A stretch of 64,000 nucleotides of DNA from Vicinamibacterales bacterium (lineage in GTDB: Bacteria > Acidobacteriota > Vicinamibacteria > Vicinamibacterales > UBA8438), in assembly GCA_965214865.1 (NCBI GenBank), contig CBDCCN010000004.1, forward strand, positions 3,338,942 to 3,402,941. The letters are read 5' to 3'. The translations under genes were made by a program, and so were the position numbers. Shown piece by piece: positions 10,901-19,749 of this stretch. Position 1 is the stretch's first letter. The number at the start of each line of letters is the position of its first letter. The notes under the pieces were generated by a model, which worked only from the letters and a program-made list of their open reading frames with translations, was not told the origin of the DNA and did not search any database.

Positions 10901-11056
10901 GCGGACCGCACCCGCGCGCTGCAGGCGGCCGAAACGGAGGGGCGTCTCGACGTGGGCGCCGGCGAGGCGGCGCCGGACGGTTACCGCGCCCTTGTCGACC
11001 GCTATTATCGCGCCCTCGCCGACCATCCGCCGCGGCGACCGCGGGAACGTCGATAG
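7913..11056 (+). CDS. DUF4175-like membrane protein with Ig-like repeats and coiled-coil tail
   Basis: N-terminal TM helices, 'P..RDRLASA', beta-rich region (YVYPAYIGL, AEDDFAL), coiled coils, C-terminal YRALVDRYYRAL; start may be ATG7946. Confidence 0.8.
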   Translation: MLGSRSAPASSMAEIAALLRSVRRRWMAVRVMRGVALAAAVALLALALLLAVDLLLAPADLVVAVLAAGAAGVAAGAAAWTFWPLRRGPSERRTARYVEERCPEFRDRLASAVDFRETPSPFAGRVLDDAARCARGLDLDRVVAARVVRRAVAGGAGAAAALAALLLVGADVVGRIARSAWLYAAPFGATLIVEPGAARLVAGEPLNVRARLTDTLGAFGRSVPRVTVVDASGGRSVLAMQPRGTGYAATLPPAAGSFTYRVTAAALESEDYAVTVLHAPRVERIDVAYVYPAYIGLDPRVETGGGDIFAPEGTVVTVTVHADKPVRDGSVRLAARGDVDLRRDAPAAMSASFEVTGDDTYRVALRDADGLSNRAAAEYVVRAVADDAPLVEVRRPGGDREITPLEEVVIEARAEDDFALARFDLVYAAAGGAERVVDLLGGESMARGAGVHTLYAEDLDVSPGDVISYYVRAGDGRPARVRETRSDIYFLEVRPFEREFEDAPSQSSLSMDAGTVGQLAGVQKEIVAATWRLDGRPNLAADDADLVAVADAQAELRQTALGAAARTLQHRGGRAERQALAAAVDAMARAEEALRAASTGAALPPEMEALAALLRAQAAIRRTRVSRGGSGRSAAWQPQEDLSALFDRDLRREQETNYENRPSSPPAESNAAESDALRRVRELAERQAALGRAQDDLARRRDTFDDEEAARVLARLTREQEELREQAEALEREIEVRTAGGRSSASSGSDAPGSRRSPTSPGSFDSSTSRPPGSSTPSASGESSRATAVAESKSPESNARGAGGAGAPMRRALAELRRGQVAEAAERAREALERLRALERELVGADTAAKSDDSHRLSAELQAAEEVRRSLEALGERLGRIGMEPEEAGGTGRRTDDPGDEAVRAPDGGGRTDRGRRSDGELAAFGAAARELLRRLEALPDLRDALREARPGMLEDLARWAARPTGGGPALQAFEQDFAPWESLRDGVRQAIEAFEADRTRALQAAETEGRLDVGAGEAAPDGYRALVDRYYRALADHPPRRPRERR

Positions 11057-11068
11057 GGCGCTGGTCCG

Positions 11069-13282
11069 GTGCAGATCGGCGTACCGATTCCGTGGTGGGG
11101 CGTCGCGGCGGCCGTGCTGGCCGCGGCGATCTTCGCATGGCGGGCCTATGCGCATCCGCCGGTCCACCTGACCCCCCGGCAGCGTGCGATCCTGACCACG
11201 TTGCGCCTGTGCGTACTTCTGGTCGTCCTCTTCGTGCTGCTGCGGCCGCTACGCGACGAGCCGGTCCCGCCCGGAGACGGCGTGGTCGCCGTCCTGGTGG
11301 ACAGCTCGCGCAGCATGGCGATTCCGGATGCGGACGGCAAGCCGAGAATCGACGCCGCTCGGGATCTCGTCCGGGATCGACTGGTGCCCGTGCTCGGCGA
11401 GGCGTTCGACGTCGAGGTGCTCGCGTTCGGCGAGGCGCCGGTCGCGGCCGACGTCGACACGCTCGTGGCGGGCGCGTCGCGGTCGGACGTCGCCGGCGCC
11501 CTCGCCGCCGTCCCCGCGCGGTTCGGCGGACGGGCGATGGCCGGGATCGTCGTCGTCTCGGACGGCGTCGCCACCGGGACGGGCGACGCGGCCGAGGTCG
11601 CCGCGCGGTTGTCCGTCCCGGTCTACACGGTCGGGGTGGGCGACCCGCGCCCGGGGCCGGATCGGGAGGTCAAGGCTCTGGAAGCAGGGCGGCCGGTCGC
11701 GGCCGGCTCCGCCGTCGACGTGACCGCGACCATCGTGAGCCACGGGTTCGGCGACGCCCCCTTCGACGTGCGGCTGATCGCCGACGGGCGTCTCTTCGGC
11801 GTGCGCCGCGCGCGGCCGGCGCGCGACGGCGCCCCGATCGTCACTGTGTTCCGGGTGGCGCCCGATCCGGTGCTGGCGTCGGTCTACACGGTCGAGGTGC
11901 CGGTCGCCACAGCGGAGCTGACGCCCGGGAACAATCGCCGGCAGGTCCTGGTGCGCCCACCGGAGCGACCGCGCCGCCTCCTGCTCGTCGAAGGATCGCC
12001 CGGCTACGAGCACAGCTTCCTCAAACGTGCGTGGCTGGCGGATCCCGGGCTCACGTTCGATGCCGTGGTGCGGAAAGGGCAGAACGACCAGGGGGAGCAG
12101 ACGTTCTACGTCCAGGGCGACCCGGCGCGGACCGGCGCGCTGGCCACCGGCTATCCGCGGACGCGCGCGGCGCTGTTCGGGTACGACGCGGTCGTGCTCG
12201 CCAACCTCGAGGCGGAGTTCTTCCGGCCGGACCAGCTCGACCTGACCGCGGCGTTCGTCGCCGAACGCGGCGGCGGCCTGCTGTTGTTCGGACCGGCGAG
12301 CCTGCGCCGGCGCGGCTACCTCGGCTCGTCGCTCGAGCCGGTCCTGCCGGCGCAGCTCGCCGACCGGCTCGGTCTGACCGACGCGGCCCGCGACCGGGAC
12401 GGTGCGGGCCGCTTCGCGCCGACCCCGGCGGGGCTCGCCCACCCCGTGCTGCGGCTCGGGCCGACCGTCGAGGAGACGCGGAACCGGTGGCGGGCGGCGC
12501 CGCCGCTGGCCGGCAGCGTGCGCCTCGGTCCCGTGCGCCCGGGCGCCGCGGTGCTCGCGGTGACCGCGTCGGGGAGCCGTCCCGCACGGCCGCTCGTCGT
12601 CGTCCAGCGCTATGGCGCCGGCCGGTCGATGATCCTGGCCGGGCGCGCCACGTGGCGCTGGCGGATGCTGCTGCCCGCGGAGGACGGGACCTACGAGCGG
12701 TACTGGGGACAGGCGGCCCGCTGGCTGACGGCCGGGGCCGTCGACCGGATCACGGTCGCGACGAGCGGCGGGGGCGCGGCCGGAGACTCGCTCCGGGTGG
12801 ACGTGGCGGTGCGCGATGCGGCGTTCCGGCCCGTTTCCGGCGCCGCCGTGCGCGTGCGCGTCCACGATCCGGCCGGGGCGCCGCGGCTGGAAGACGAAGC
12901 CGCGGTGGCGCGGTCGGCGGGCGAGTACCGCGTCTCCACGCCCCCGTTGTCCGCGGGGGCGCATCGAATCGAGGTGGTGGTGACCCACGATGGAGAGGAT
13001 CTCGGCAGCCGGCGCGACTGGGCGCTGGTGGGCGCCGCCGATCCGGAGCTCACCGACCCGTGGCTGAACGTCGCTCTGCTCCGGCGCGTTGCTGCTGCCG
13101 GTGGCGGGGCATACCTCGATCCGGACCGGCTCGGGGACCTTGCCGATCGCCTGCGGGCAGCGGCCCCCACCGTTTCGCGCACCGCGACGCGGGACGTCTG
13201 GCATCATTCAGCCGTGTTGCTGCTGTCGATGGCGCTGCTCACGGCCGAGTGGTCGCTCCGCCGCCTGTGGGGCATGCGGTGA
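11069..13282 (+). CDS. Membrane protein with vWA and glutamine-amidotransferase-like domains
   Basis: VLVDSSRSM, VVVSDG, YGAGRS..LAGRATWRWRM, C-terminal LTAEWSLRRLWGMR. Confidence 0.85.
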   Translation: MQIGVPIPWWGVAAAVLAAAIFAWRAYAHPPVHLTPRQRAILTTLRLCVLLVVLFVLLRPLRDEPVPPGDGVVAVLVDSSRSMAIPDADGKPRIDAARDLVRDRLVPVLGEAFDVEVLAFGEAPVAADVDTLVAGASRSDVAGALAAVPARFGGRAMAGIVVVSDGVATGTGDAAEVAARLSVPVYTVGVGDPRPGPDREVKALEAGRPVAAGSAVDVTATIVSHGFGDAPFDVRLIADGRLFGVRRARPARDGAPIVTVFRVAPDPVLASVYTVEVPVATAELTPGNNRRQVLVRPPERPRRLLLVEGSPGYEHSFLKRAWLADPGLTFDAVVRKGQNDQGEQTFYVQGDPARTGALATGYPRTRAALFGYDAVVLANLEAEFFRPDQLDLTAAFVAERGGGLLLFGPASLRRRGYLGSSLEPVLPAQLADRLGLTDAARDRDGAGRFAPTPAGLAHPVLRLGPTVEETRNRWRAAPPLAGSVRLGPVRPGAAVLAVTASGSRPARPLVVVQRYGAGRSMILAGRATWRWRMLLPAEDGTYERYWGQAARWLTAGAVDRITVATSGGGAAGDSLRVDVAVRDAAFRPVSGAAVRVRVHDPAGAPRLEDEAAVARSAGEYRVSTPPLSAGAHRIEVVVTHDGEDLGSRRDWALVGAADPELTDPWLNVALLRRVAAAGGGAYLDPDRLGDLADRLRAAAPTVSRTATRDVWHHSAVLLLSMALLTAEWSLRRLWGMR

Positions 13283-14265
13283 TCCGGTGGGGATGGCGGG
13301 CGGCGGCCGCGCTCGTCCTGCTGGCCGCGCCCGGTCCGGCCGGCGCCAGGGACTACTTCACCCTCGTGGTGTCGGGAGCGTCGGGCGGCCCGGAGTACGC
13401 CGAGCGCCACGACCGCTGGCGCTCCGGCCTGGTCGCGGCGCTGCGCGCGCAGCCGGGATTCCGTGACGACCACCTGCTGGTGCTGGCCGAGACCCCGAGA
13501 CCCGGCGTCGGGTGCGCCACCCGCGAGGGCGTGCGGCGTGCGGTCCGGGAGCTCGCGGCGCGCATGGACGAGCAGTCCGTGCTGTTCGTCCTTCTGCTCG
13601 GCCATGGGACCTTCGACGGCCGGGAGGCCAGGTTCAACCTCGTCGGGCCGGACCTGGCCGCCGCGGAGTGGGCCGCCCTCGTCGATCCGCTGCCCGGGCG
13701 GCTCGTGTTCGTCAACACGACGGCGGCCAGCGCGCCGTTCCTCGCGCCGCTGGCGAGGGCCGACCGCATCGTGATCACGGCGACCGAATCGCCGGCGCAG
13801 CGCTACGCGACCGTGTTTCCCGAGTTCCTCACCCGCGCGTTCGTCGACCCGTCCAGCGACTTCGATCGCAACGGCCGCGTTTCGGTGTGGGAGGCGTTCG
13901 CCTACGCGAGCGCCGGCGTGCGGCGCTGGTACCGGGAGCGGGGGCGCCTAGCGACGGAACGCGCCCTGCTCGACGACACGGGGGACGGTCACGGCGTAGA
14001 CGCCGGCGACGGCGCGAGCGATCCGTACGCCGGCCTGGCGGCGGCGGTGTACGTAGGGGCCGGCGTGGACGACGTCTCGACCGGCCGGGGCGGCGAGATC
14101 GACGGGCTGGCCGCGCGCCGCGCCGCGCTCGACGTCGAGGTGGCCGAACTCCGGGCGGCGCGGGAGTCCATGCCGCCGGCGCGCTACGCCGCCGAGCTGG
14201 AGCGGCTGCTGCTGGAACTCGCGCGGATCTCGCGGGAAATGCGGCGTCTGACCGGCGGGCGCTGA
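13279..14265 (+). CDS. Secreted caspase/C13 (legumain)-fold protein, possibly non-catalytic
   Basis: Signal peptide; LLGHG motif; FVNTTAAS where a nucleophilic Cys is expected; EF-hand-like DFDRNGRVSVWEAF; GTGA overlap. Confidence 0.75.
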   Translation: MIRWGWRAAAALVLLAAPGPAGARDYFTLVVSGASGGPEYAERHDRWRSGLVAALRAQPGFRDDHLLVLAETPRPGVGCATREGVRRAVRELAARMDEQSVLFVLLLGHGTFDGREARFNLVGPDLAAAEWAALVDPLPGRLVFVNTTAASAPFLAPLARADRIVITATESPAQRYATVFPEFLTRAFVDPSSDFDRNGRVSVWEAFAYASAGVRRWYRERGRLATERALLDDTGDGHGVDAGDGASDPYAGLAAAVYVGAGVDDVSTGRGGEIDGLAARRAALDVEVAELRAARESMPPARYAAELERLLLELARISREMRRLTGGR

Positions 14266-14285
14266 ACGGAACGGACGGGTGGATC

Positions 14286-14558
14286 ATGACGTGTGACGCC
14301 TGCGGGCAGGAAATCGCGGACAACGCCCTCATCTGCTACAAGTGCGGCGCCGCGACTACGGCGCGCGAACGCGAGCCGGTGTCCCTCGACGAGCCCGGCC
14401 GGCGCCGCTGGTCCGCCCTGTTTCTCGCGGTCGTGTTCCTGGGGGTGGTCCTCTTCTTCGTCAGCGAGCTCCTGCGCGGCAGGCCGCCGGAGCCGCTCGT
14501 CTGGGTGATGCTCGCCTGCGCCGGGGGGCTGCTGGCGTGGCGCCTGCGGCTCGGCTGA
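14286..14558 (+). CDS. Zinc-ribbon membrane protein
   Basis: CDACG..IADNALICYKCG plus two TM helices. Confidence 0.8.
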   Translation: MTCDACGQEIADNALICYKCGAATTAREREPVSLDEPGRRRWSALFLAVVFLGVVLFFVSELLRGRPPEPLVWVMLACAGGLLAWRLRLG

Positions 14559-14660
14559 CGCACGCGGGGGGCCGTTGCGATATCCTGACCCCGCCGGCCG
14601 ACGCGCGGGCCGCAGCTCGGTTGCCGCACGGCGGGCCCGTTGCGACGGCATGATGCGCAC

Positions 14661-16322
14661 ATGACCGACGCCCGACTCGAGATGACCGGCGCCTCGGCCA
14701 GGCAGGTGAGCATCGACAAGGTTCCGTTTTTCCTCGGCCGCCGCGCCGAAAGCGATCTGGTTCTGCCGCACGGCGAGGTTTCCCGCAACCACGCCGAGAT
14801 CAGGGCGGCCGGGGCCGGCTACGCGATCCGGGATCGGGGGTCGCGCTACGGCACGTTCGTCAACGGCGAGCCGGTGACCGAGCGGGCCGAGCGGGCGCTG
14901 GCCGACGGCGATCGAATCCGGCTCGGCCGGGGCGGCGGCGCCGAGCTGGTCTTTCGCCAGGCCGGCGTGGCCCCGGCGACCGGCGGCGACACGGACCGGG
15001 GCGCGGCCGCGGTCACCGACCTGCGGCAGGTGGCGGCGCTGCTGGAGGGCCTCCGCGCCCTCAGTTCGGCGCGCGTTCTCGACGACGTGCTGGCCCTCGT
15101 GATGGACTCGGCCATCGCGGTGAGCGGCGCCGAGCGCGGGTTCATCATGCTCGCGAACGAAGACGGCGCGCTCGACCTGAAGATGGCGCGGGCGCGCGGA
15201 CGGCAGACCCTGCCCGGCAGCGGCTTCGAGACCAGCCGCAAGATTCCCGAGGAGGTCTTCCGCACCGGCCGAACGCGGATCGAAGCCGATCTGCTCGACG
15301 GCGATCTCGCCGACATGCACGTCGGCACGGTGGCTCTCGGTATTCGCCACGTGCTCTGCGTGCCGCTCCGCCTGATGCAGTTCTCGGACTCGGCGGACGC
15401 GACGCCTGCGGCGCTCGCCGCGGAGGAAGAGCAGCGGCGGATCGGCGTGCTCTACCTCGACAGCCGCGACAAGGCGGAGCTGCTGTCGTCGTCCACCGAG
15501 GGCGCGCTGGAGACCCTGGCCAACGAGGCGGCGGTCGCCATCCAGAACGCGGAGCTGTACCGGGCGGCGCTCGAGAACGCGAAGCTGGAGCGGGAGATGC
15601 GGACCGCGGCGGAGATCCAGCAGGCGCTGCTTCCGAACCGGCAGCGGTCCGGTGCGTTCTTCGAGGCCGCGGCGGCGACGCTGCCCTGCCGGTCCATCGG
15701 CGGCGACTTCTTCGACTACATCGATCGGCCCGACGGGTCACTCGCGTTCGCGCTGGGCGACGTAGCCGGCAAGGGGCCGCCCGCGGCGCTGCTCGGCGCG
15801 CTGATGCAAGGTTCGCTCGCGGCGGAAGGCAGCGCGGGGGCAGGCCCGGCGGCGACGATGACCACGGTGAACACCGCGCTCGTGCGCCGCGGCATCCAGG
15901 GGCGCTTCGTGACCCTCTTCTACGCGGTGCTGCATCCCGACGGCCGGCTGATCTACTGCAACGCCGGGCACAATGCGCCGATGCTCGTGACGGCGGCGGG
16001 CGTCTCGCGCCTGGAGACCGGCGGGATGGTGGTGGGCCTGTTCGACGGGACGCCGTTCGCCGAGGGGACGGTCAGTCTCCGGCCGGGCGATTACCTCCTG
16101 CTCTTCAGCGACGGGGTCTCGGAAGCGATGAACGCGGACGGCGAGGAGTACGGCGACGACCGGCTCCTCGAATGCTTGGCCGGCATGACCGGTTCCGCGT
16201 GCGAGCCGCGCCTGCAGGAGATCTTCGCCGGCGTCGAGCGGTTCACCGCCGGCGCCGCGCAGCACGACGACGTGACGGCGATGGTCGTCACCTATCGGCC
16301 GCGCGCCTCGGCCGCGACGTAG
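14661..16322 (+). CDS. FHA-GAF-SpoIIE (RsbU-like PP2C) phosphatase
   Basis: FHA: LGR...VSRNHA...DRGSRYGTFVNG; GAF: VLCVPL...IGVLYLDS; PP2C: GGDFFD, GDVAGKG, NAGHN, SDGVSE, DDVT. Confidence 0.93.
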   Translation: MTDARLEMTGASARQVSIDKVPFFLGRRAESDLVLPHGEVSRNHAEIRAAGAGYAIRDRGSRYGTFVNGEPVTERAERALADGDRIRLGRGGGAELVFRQAGVAPATGGDTDRGAAAVTDLRQVAALLEGLRALSSARVLDDVLALVMDSAIAVSGAERGFIMLANEDGALDLKMARARGRQTLPGSGFETSRKIPEEVFRTGRTRIEADLLDGDLADMHVGTVALGIRHVLCVPLRLMQFSDSADATPAALAAEEEQRRIGVLYLDSRDKAELLSSSTEGALETLANEAAVAIQNAELYRAALENAKLEREMRTAAEIQQALLPNRQRSGAFFEAAAATLPCRSIGGDFFDYIDRPDGSLAFALGDVAGKGPPAALLGALMQGSLAAEGSAGAGPAATMTTVNTALVRRGIQGRFVTLFYAVLHPDGRLIYCNAGHNAPMLVTAAGVSRLETGGMVVGLFDGTPFAEGTVSLRPGDYLLLFSDGVSEAMNADGEEYGDDRLLECLAGMTGSACEPRLQEIFAGVERFTAGAAQHDDVTAMVVTYRPRASAAT

Positions 16323-17596
16323 TCGCGCGTGTCCTCCCCCATGTAAAGCTGCCGCGGGCGGGCGATCTTCTGTTCGTCGTCCTCCAGCATCTCCTGCCAC
16401 TGGGCGACCCAGCCGGCGGTGCGGCCGATGGCGAAGAGCACCGGGAACATGCCGGCGTCGAATCCCATCGCTTCGTAGATCAGGCCGGAGTAGAAGTCGA
16501 CGTTCGGGTAGAGGCGGCGCTTGACGAAGTAGTCGTCCTCGAGCGCGATCTTTTCGAGCTCGAGCGCCACGTCCAGCAGCGGGTTGCGGCCGGTCACTTC
16601 GAACACGTCGTAAGCGGTCTTCTTGATTACCTTGGCGCGCGGGTCGTAGGACTTGTAGACGCGGTGCCCGAAGCCCATCAGCCGGCCTTCGCCGCTCTTG
16701 ACGCGGGCGATGAAGTCCGGAATCCGTTCCACCGAGCCGATCTCGCGCAGCATCCGGAGGACCGCCTCGTTGGCCCCGCCGTGCAGCGGCCCGTAGAGGG
16801 CCGCCGCGGCGCCCGCGAGCGACGCGAACGGGTCGGCCTGCGAGCTGCCGATGCCGCGCATGGCGCTGGTGCTGCAGTTCTGCTCGTGGTCGGCATGCAG
16901 TATGAACAGGACGTCGAGCGCGCGCTCCAGGACCGGATGCGGTTCGTAGACCTTCCCTTCCTCCCGGTAGAGCATGCTCAGGAATGCGCCGGTGTAACCG
17001 AGGCCGGCGTCCGGCGCGACGTACGGGCGTCCGGTGCTGCGCCGGCAGGCGCAGGCGGCCACGCCGGGCGCGAGCGCGATCAGCCGGGTCATCTGCGTCC
17101 GGCGGGTCTGCGCGTCGAGAACCTGCTTCGCCTCGGGGAAGAACGTCGAGAGCGCGCCGATGGCGGCCAGGAACATCCCCATCGGGTGGGCGCCTTTCTC
17201 GAAGCCTCCCATGAACGCCTGCACGTGCGCATCGAGCGCGGAGCGTCCGTTCAGGGCATGCCCGTCGACAGCGGCCGACCAGGCGTCGAGCTCCGACGCC
17301 GAGGGTAGCTCACCGTTGATGAGCAGCCACGCCGTTTCGAGGAACGTACTCTGCTCGGCGAGCTGCTCGATCGGATAGCCGCGGTAGCGGAGGATGCCCC
17401 GATCGCCGTCGATGAACGTGATCCGGCTGCGGCAACTGGCGGTGTTGAGGTACGCCGGGTCGTACGACATCATGCCGAACTCGTCGGGACCGACCTTGAT
17501 CTGGCGGAGGTCGATTGCACGGATGGTGCCGTCGACGATCGGGATCTCGTACTGCCTGCCGGTGCGGTTGTCGGTGATGGTCAGCGTCTCGCTCAT
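16292..17596 (-). CDS. gltA: Citrate synthase
   Basis: LHADHEQNCST, GPLHGGANE, GFGHRVYKSYDPR, YPNVDFYSG. Confidence 0.96.
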   Translation of the reverse strand: MSETLTITDNRTGRQYEIPIVDGTIRAIDLRQIKVGPDEFGMMSYDPAYLNTASCRSRITFIDGDRGILRYRGYPIEQLAEQSTFLETAWLLINGELPSASELDAWSAAVDGHALNGRSALDAHVQAFMGGFEKGAHPMGMFLAAIGALSTFFPEAKQVLDAQTRRTQMTRLIALAPGVAACACRRSTGRPYVAPDAGLGYTGAFLSMLYREEGKVYEPHPVLERALDVLFILHADHEQNCSTSAMRGIGSSQADPFASLAGAAAALYGPLHGGANEAVLRMLREIGSVERIPDFIARVKSGEGRLMGFGHRVYKSYDPRAKVIKKTAYDVFEVTGRNPLLDVALELEKIALEDDYFVKRRLYPNVDFYSGLIYEAMGFDAGMFPVLFAIGRTAGWVAQWQEMLEDDEQKIARPRQLYMGEDTRDYVAAEARGR

Positions 17597-17646
17597 GCCT
17601 GCCTGTCGCTCCCCGGATTGATCGGTCGGCGCTTCCCGGCGCCCGG

Positions 17647-17832
17647 TCAGGAGCCCTGATCGCCGCCGCTCGGATCGTGATCTTCCGCCGCCGCAGATTC
17701 GCTCGGTACCCGGTAGCGCTCGTCGATCCAGTTGCCCAGATCGAGGAGCCTGCAGCGCTCGCTGCAGAACGGCCGCCACGCGGGGTCCACCGGACGCTGC
17801 CGGCATTGCACACAACGCCGCTCTTCGCTCAC
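17647..17832 (-). CDS. yacG: DNA gyrase inhibitor YacG
   Basis: CVQC...WRPFCSERCRLLDLGNWIDERYRVP; GTG17832 with GGGGAG RBS. Confidence 0.9.
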   Translation of the reverse strand: MSEERRCVQCRQRPVDPAWRPFCSERCRLLDLGNWIDERYRVPSESAAAEDHDPSGGDQGS

Positions 17833-17944
17833 GACGTCTCCCCTGGATGCAGATGCGCGCGGGCGGCGCCGACGCCACGCCGATGAACCGCGCGCGCCGC
17901 CGCCTCGGTAACGCCGGGACGACCGGCGATGCGGCTGGTCGCCG

Positions 17945-19651
17945 TCAACCGGACTCGCGGGATTGTAGATCGTCGCGCCGCCGTCCGTCAGGCGGCGCTT
18001 GGGGATCGCCGGGCGCCGGGACCGCCGCCCGCCGCCGCGGCGCGGGGGCGCGAGGCGCAGCGCTTTGTCGCCGCCGTCCCGGCGACCCCGCGCCGCCCGC
18101 CGCCGCCCGCCGCCGCTTTGCATCGACCTCGCAACGAACGATGCGGCCGAGCACCGACTCGAGCGGCGCCACGTTCCGCTGGGCGGCCCAGATCTCCAGC
18201 TCCGTGTCGCCGGCCGGCGTCAACTTCAGCAGGCAGTCGTGGGTCCCCGCCACGAGCGTGACCGACGCCACGCTCTGTGCGTGACTGCGGTCGAGGCCTT
18301 CGGCCACGCGGAGCATGGCCGACAGCGTCCTGACGGTGCGCCGGCGCGCCCCCGGGAGGTCGCCGTACCCTTCGTGGGAGCGCTTGGGCAACCCGCGGCG
18401 ATGGTAGCGTGCGACCTGCGCCATCACTTCGATCTCCTGCGGCTCGAAGCCGCGCAGGTCGCCGTTCTTGATCAGGTAGCAGGAATGCTTGTGGTGCCGG
18501 CTGTAGCTGATGTGCACCCCGATGTCGTGGAGCAGCGCCGCGTACTCCAGCCACTCGCGCTCGCGCCCCCCCAGGCCGTGGATCGCGGACGTCTGGTCGA
18601 ACAGGGCCAGGGCCATCCGCACCACCTGGCGCGCGTGCTGCTCGCTGTAGTTGCAGCGCTCGGCCAGCTCCATCACGCTCCGCCGCCGAACGTCCGGGTA
18701 CTGCTCGACCCTGGCGATGTGAACCCGGTTGCGATGGATGTAGTCGAGCGCCAGTCCCTCGCGCAGCGCCAGGTCGCAGAGCGTCAGTTCACTGGCGCCG
18801 AGCAGCCGCAGCGTCGTGCAGAGCAGGACGGAGCCGGCGACGGCCAGGTCCGCCCGCCGCGGATCGAGTCCCGGGATGCCGATGCGTCCGGCGAGATCCA
18901 GCGCCGTCAGCTCCTTGCGGACGCGCCGGAGCTGCTTGAGACTGACGCGCCGGTTCCGCAACGCGTCGGAGCCGACCGGCCGGCCCTCGCCGACGGCCAG
19001 CGCGCCGAGGCTGAGGATGGTGCCCGACGTCCCGACGACGCGGGCGAAGCCGCGGCCGCGAATCCTGTCGCTGATCGGGGTCAGCGCTTCGGTGATGTGG
19101 CTCACCATGCGCCGCTCGTCGGCCCGGGTGATCGGATCGCTGTGCACGAACCGCTCGGTCAGCCGGATGACGCCCAGCTTGAGGCTGTGAGCCACCCGCG
19201 CCTGATGCGAACGCCCGAGGGTCAGCTCGACGCTGCCGCCGCCGATGTCGATCACCAGCGCCGCGCCGTCCGCGACGTCTACGCCGTAGACGGCGGCGCG
19301 GTGAATGAGACGCGCCTCCTCCGTGCCCGAGATGACGCGGACCTCGATCCCGGTCCGCTGGCGGACCGCGGCCAGGAACTCGCGGCCGTTCTCGGCCTCC
19401 CGCACCGCGCTGGTCGCCGCCGCGACCACCTCGTCGACCTCGTGCGAGTCGGCCAGGCGCTTGAACTTCGCCAGCGCCTGCAGCGCCGAGCGCATCGTCG
19501 CCTCCGTCAGGGCGCGCCCGCCGAGGCCGCCCGCGCCGAGCCGGACCATCTCCTTCTCGCGGTCCACGATCTCGAACGAGTGGTCGGGCCGCACCTGCAC
19601 CACGATCATGTGGACGGAGTTGGTGCCGATGTCGATGGCTGCTATGCGCAC
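17945..19651 (-). CDS. ppx: Ppx/GppA exopolyphosphatase with HD domain
   Basis: IAAIDIGTNS, ATSAVREAENG, EEARL, DIGGGSVE, LREG, ALLHDIG. Confidence 0.93.
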   Translation of the reverse strand: MRIAAIDIGTNSVHMIVVQVRPDHSFEIVDREKEMVRLGAGGLGGRALTEATMRSALQALAKFKRLADSHEVDEVVAAATSAVREAENGREFLAAVRQRTGIEVRVISGTEEARLIHRAAVYGVDVADGAALVIDIGGGSVELTLGRSHQARVAHSLKLGVIRLTERFVHSDPITRADERRMVSHITEALTPISDRIRGRGFARVVGTSGTILSLGALAVGEGRPVGSDALRNRRVSLKQLRRVRKELTALDLAGRIGIPGLDPRRADLAVAGSVLLCTTLRLLGASELTLCDLALREGLALDYIHRNRVHIARVEQYPDVRRRSVMELAERCNYSEQHARQVVRMALALFDQTSAIHGLGGREREWLEYAALLHDIGVHISYSRHHKHSCYLIKNGDLRGFEPQEIEVMAQVARYHRRGLPKRSHEGYGDLPGARRRTVRTLSAMLRVAEGLDRSHAQSVASVTLVAGTHDCLLKLTPAGDTELEIWAAQRNVAPLESVLGRIVRCEVDAKRRRAAAGGAGSPGRRRQSAAPRAPAPRRRAAVPAPGDPQAPPDGRRRDDLQSRESG

Positions 19652-19749
19652 GGTGCGAACAGAAGGCGAATACGGTGTGACGAGCTTGCGACAGATGCCG
19701 GGAATTTCCCTATACTCTTGCCTCTGCCCAAGGAGCGAGGCATCGTAGC

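Noticed and set aside
312-13207. Long antisense ORFs (312-2894, 5666-9823, 11249-13207; likewise 17999-19771, 29313-31832, 49451-51751, 55591-57537, 58370-60421)
   Set aside because: Shadow frames of real genes in ~70% GC DNA; no recognisable motifs
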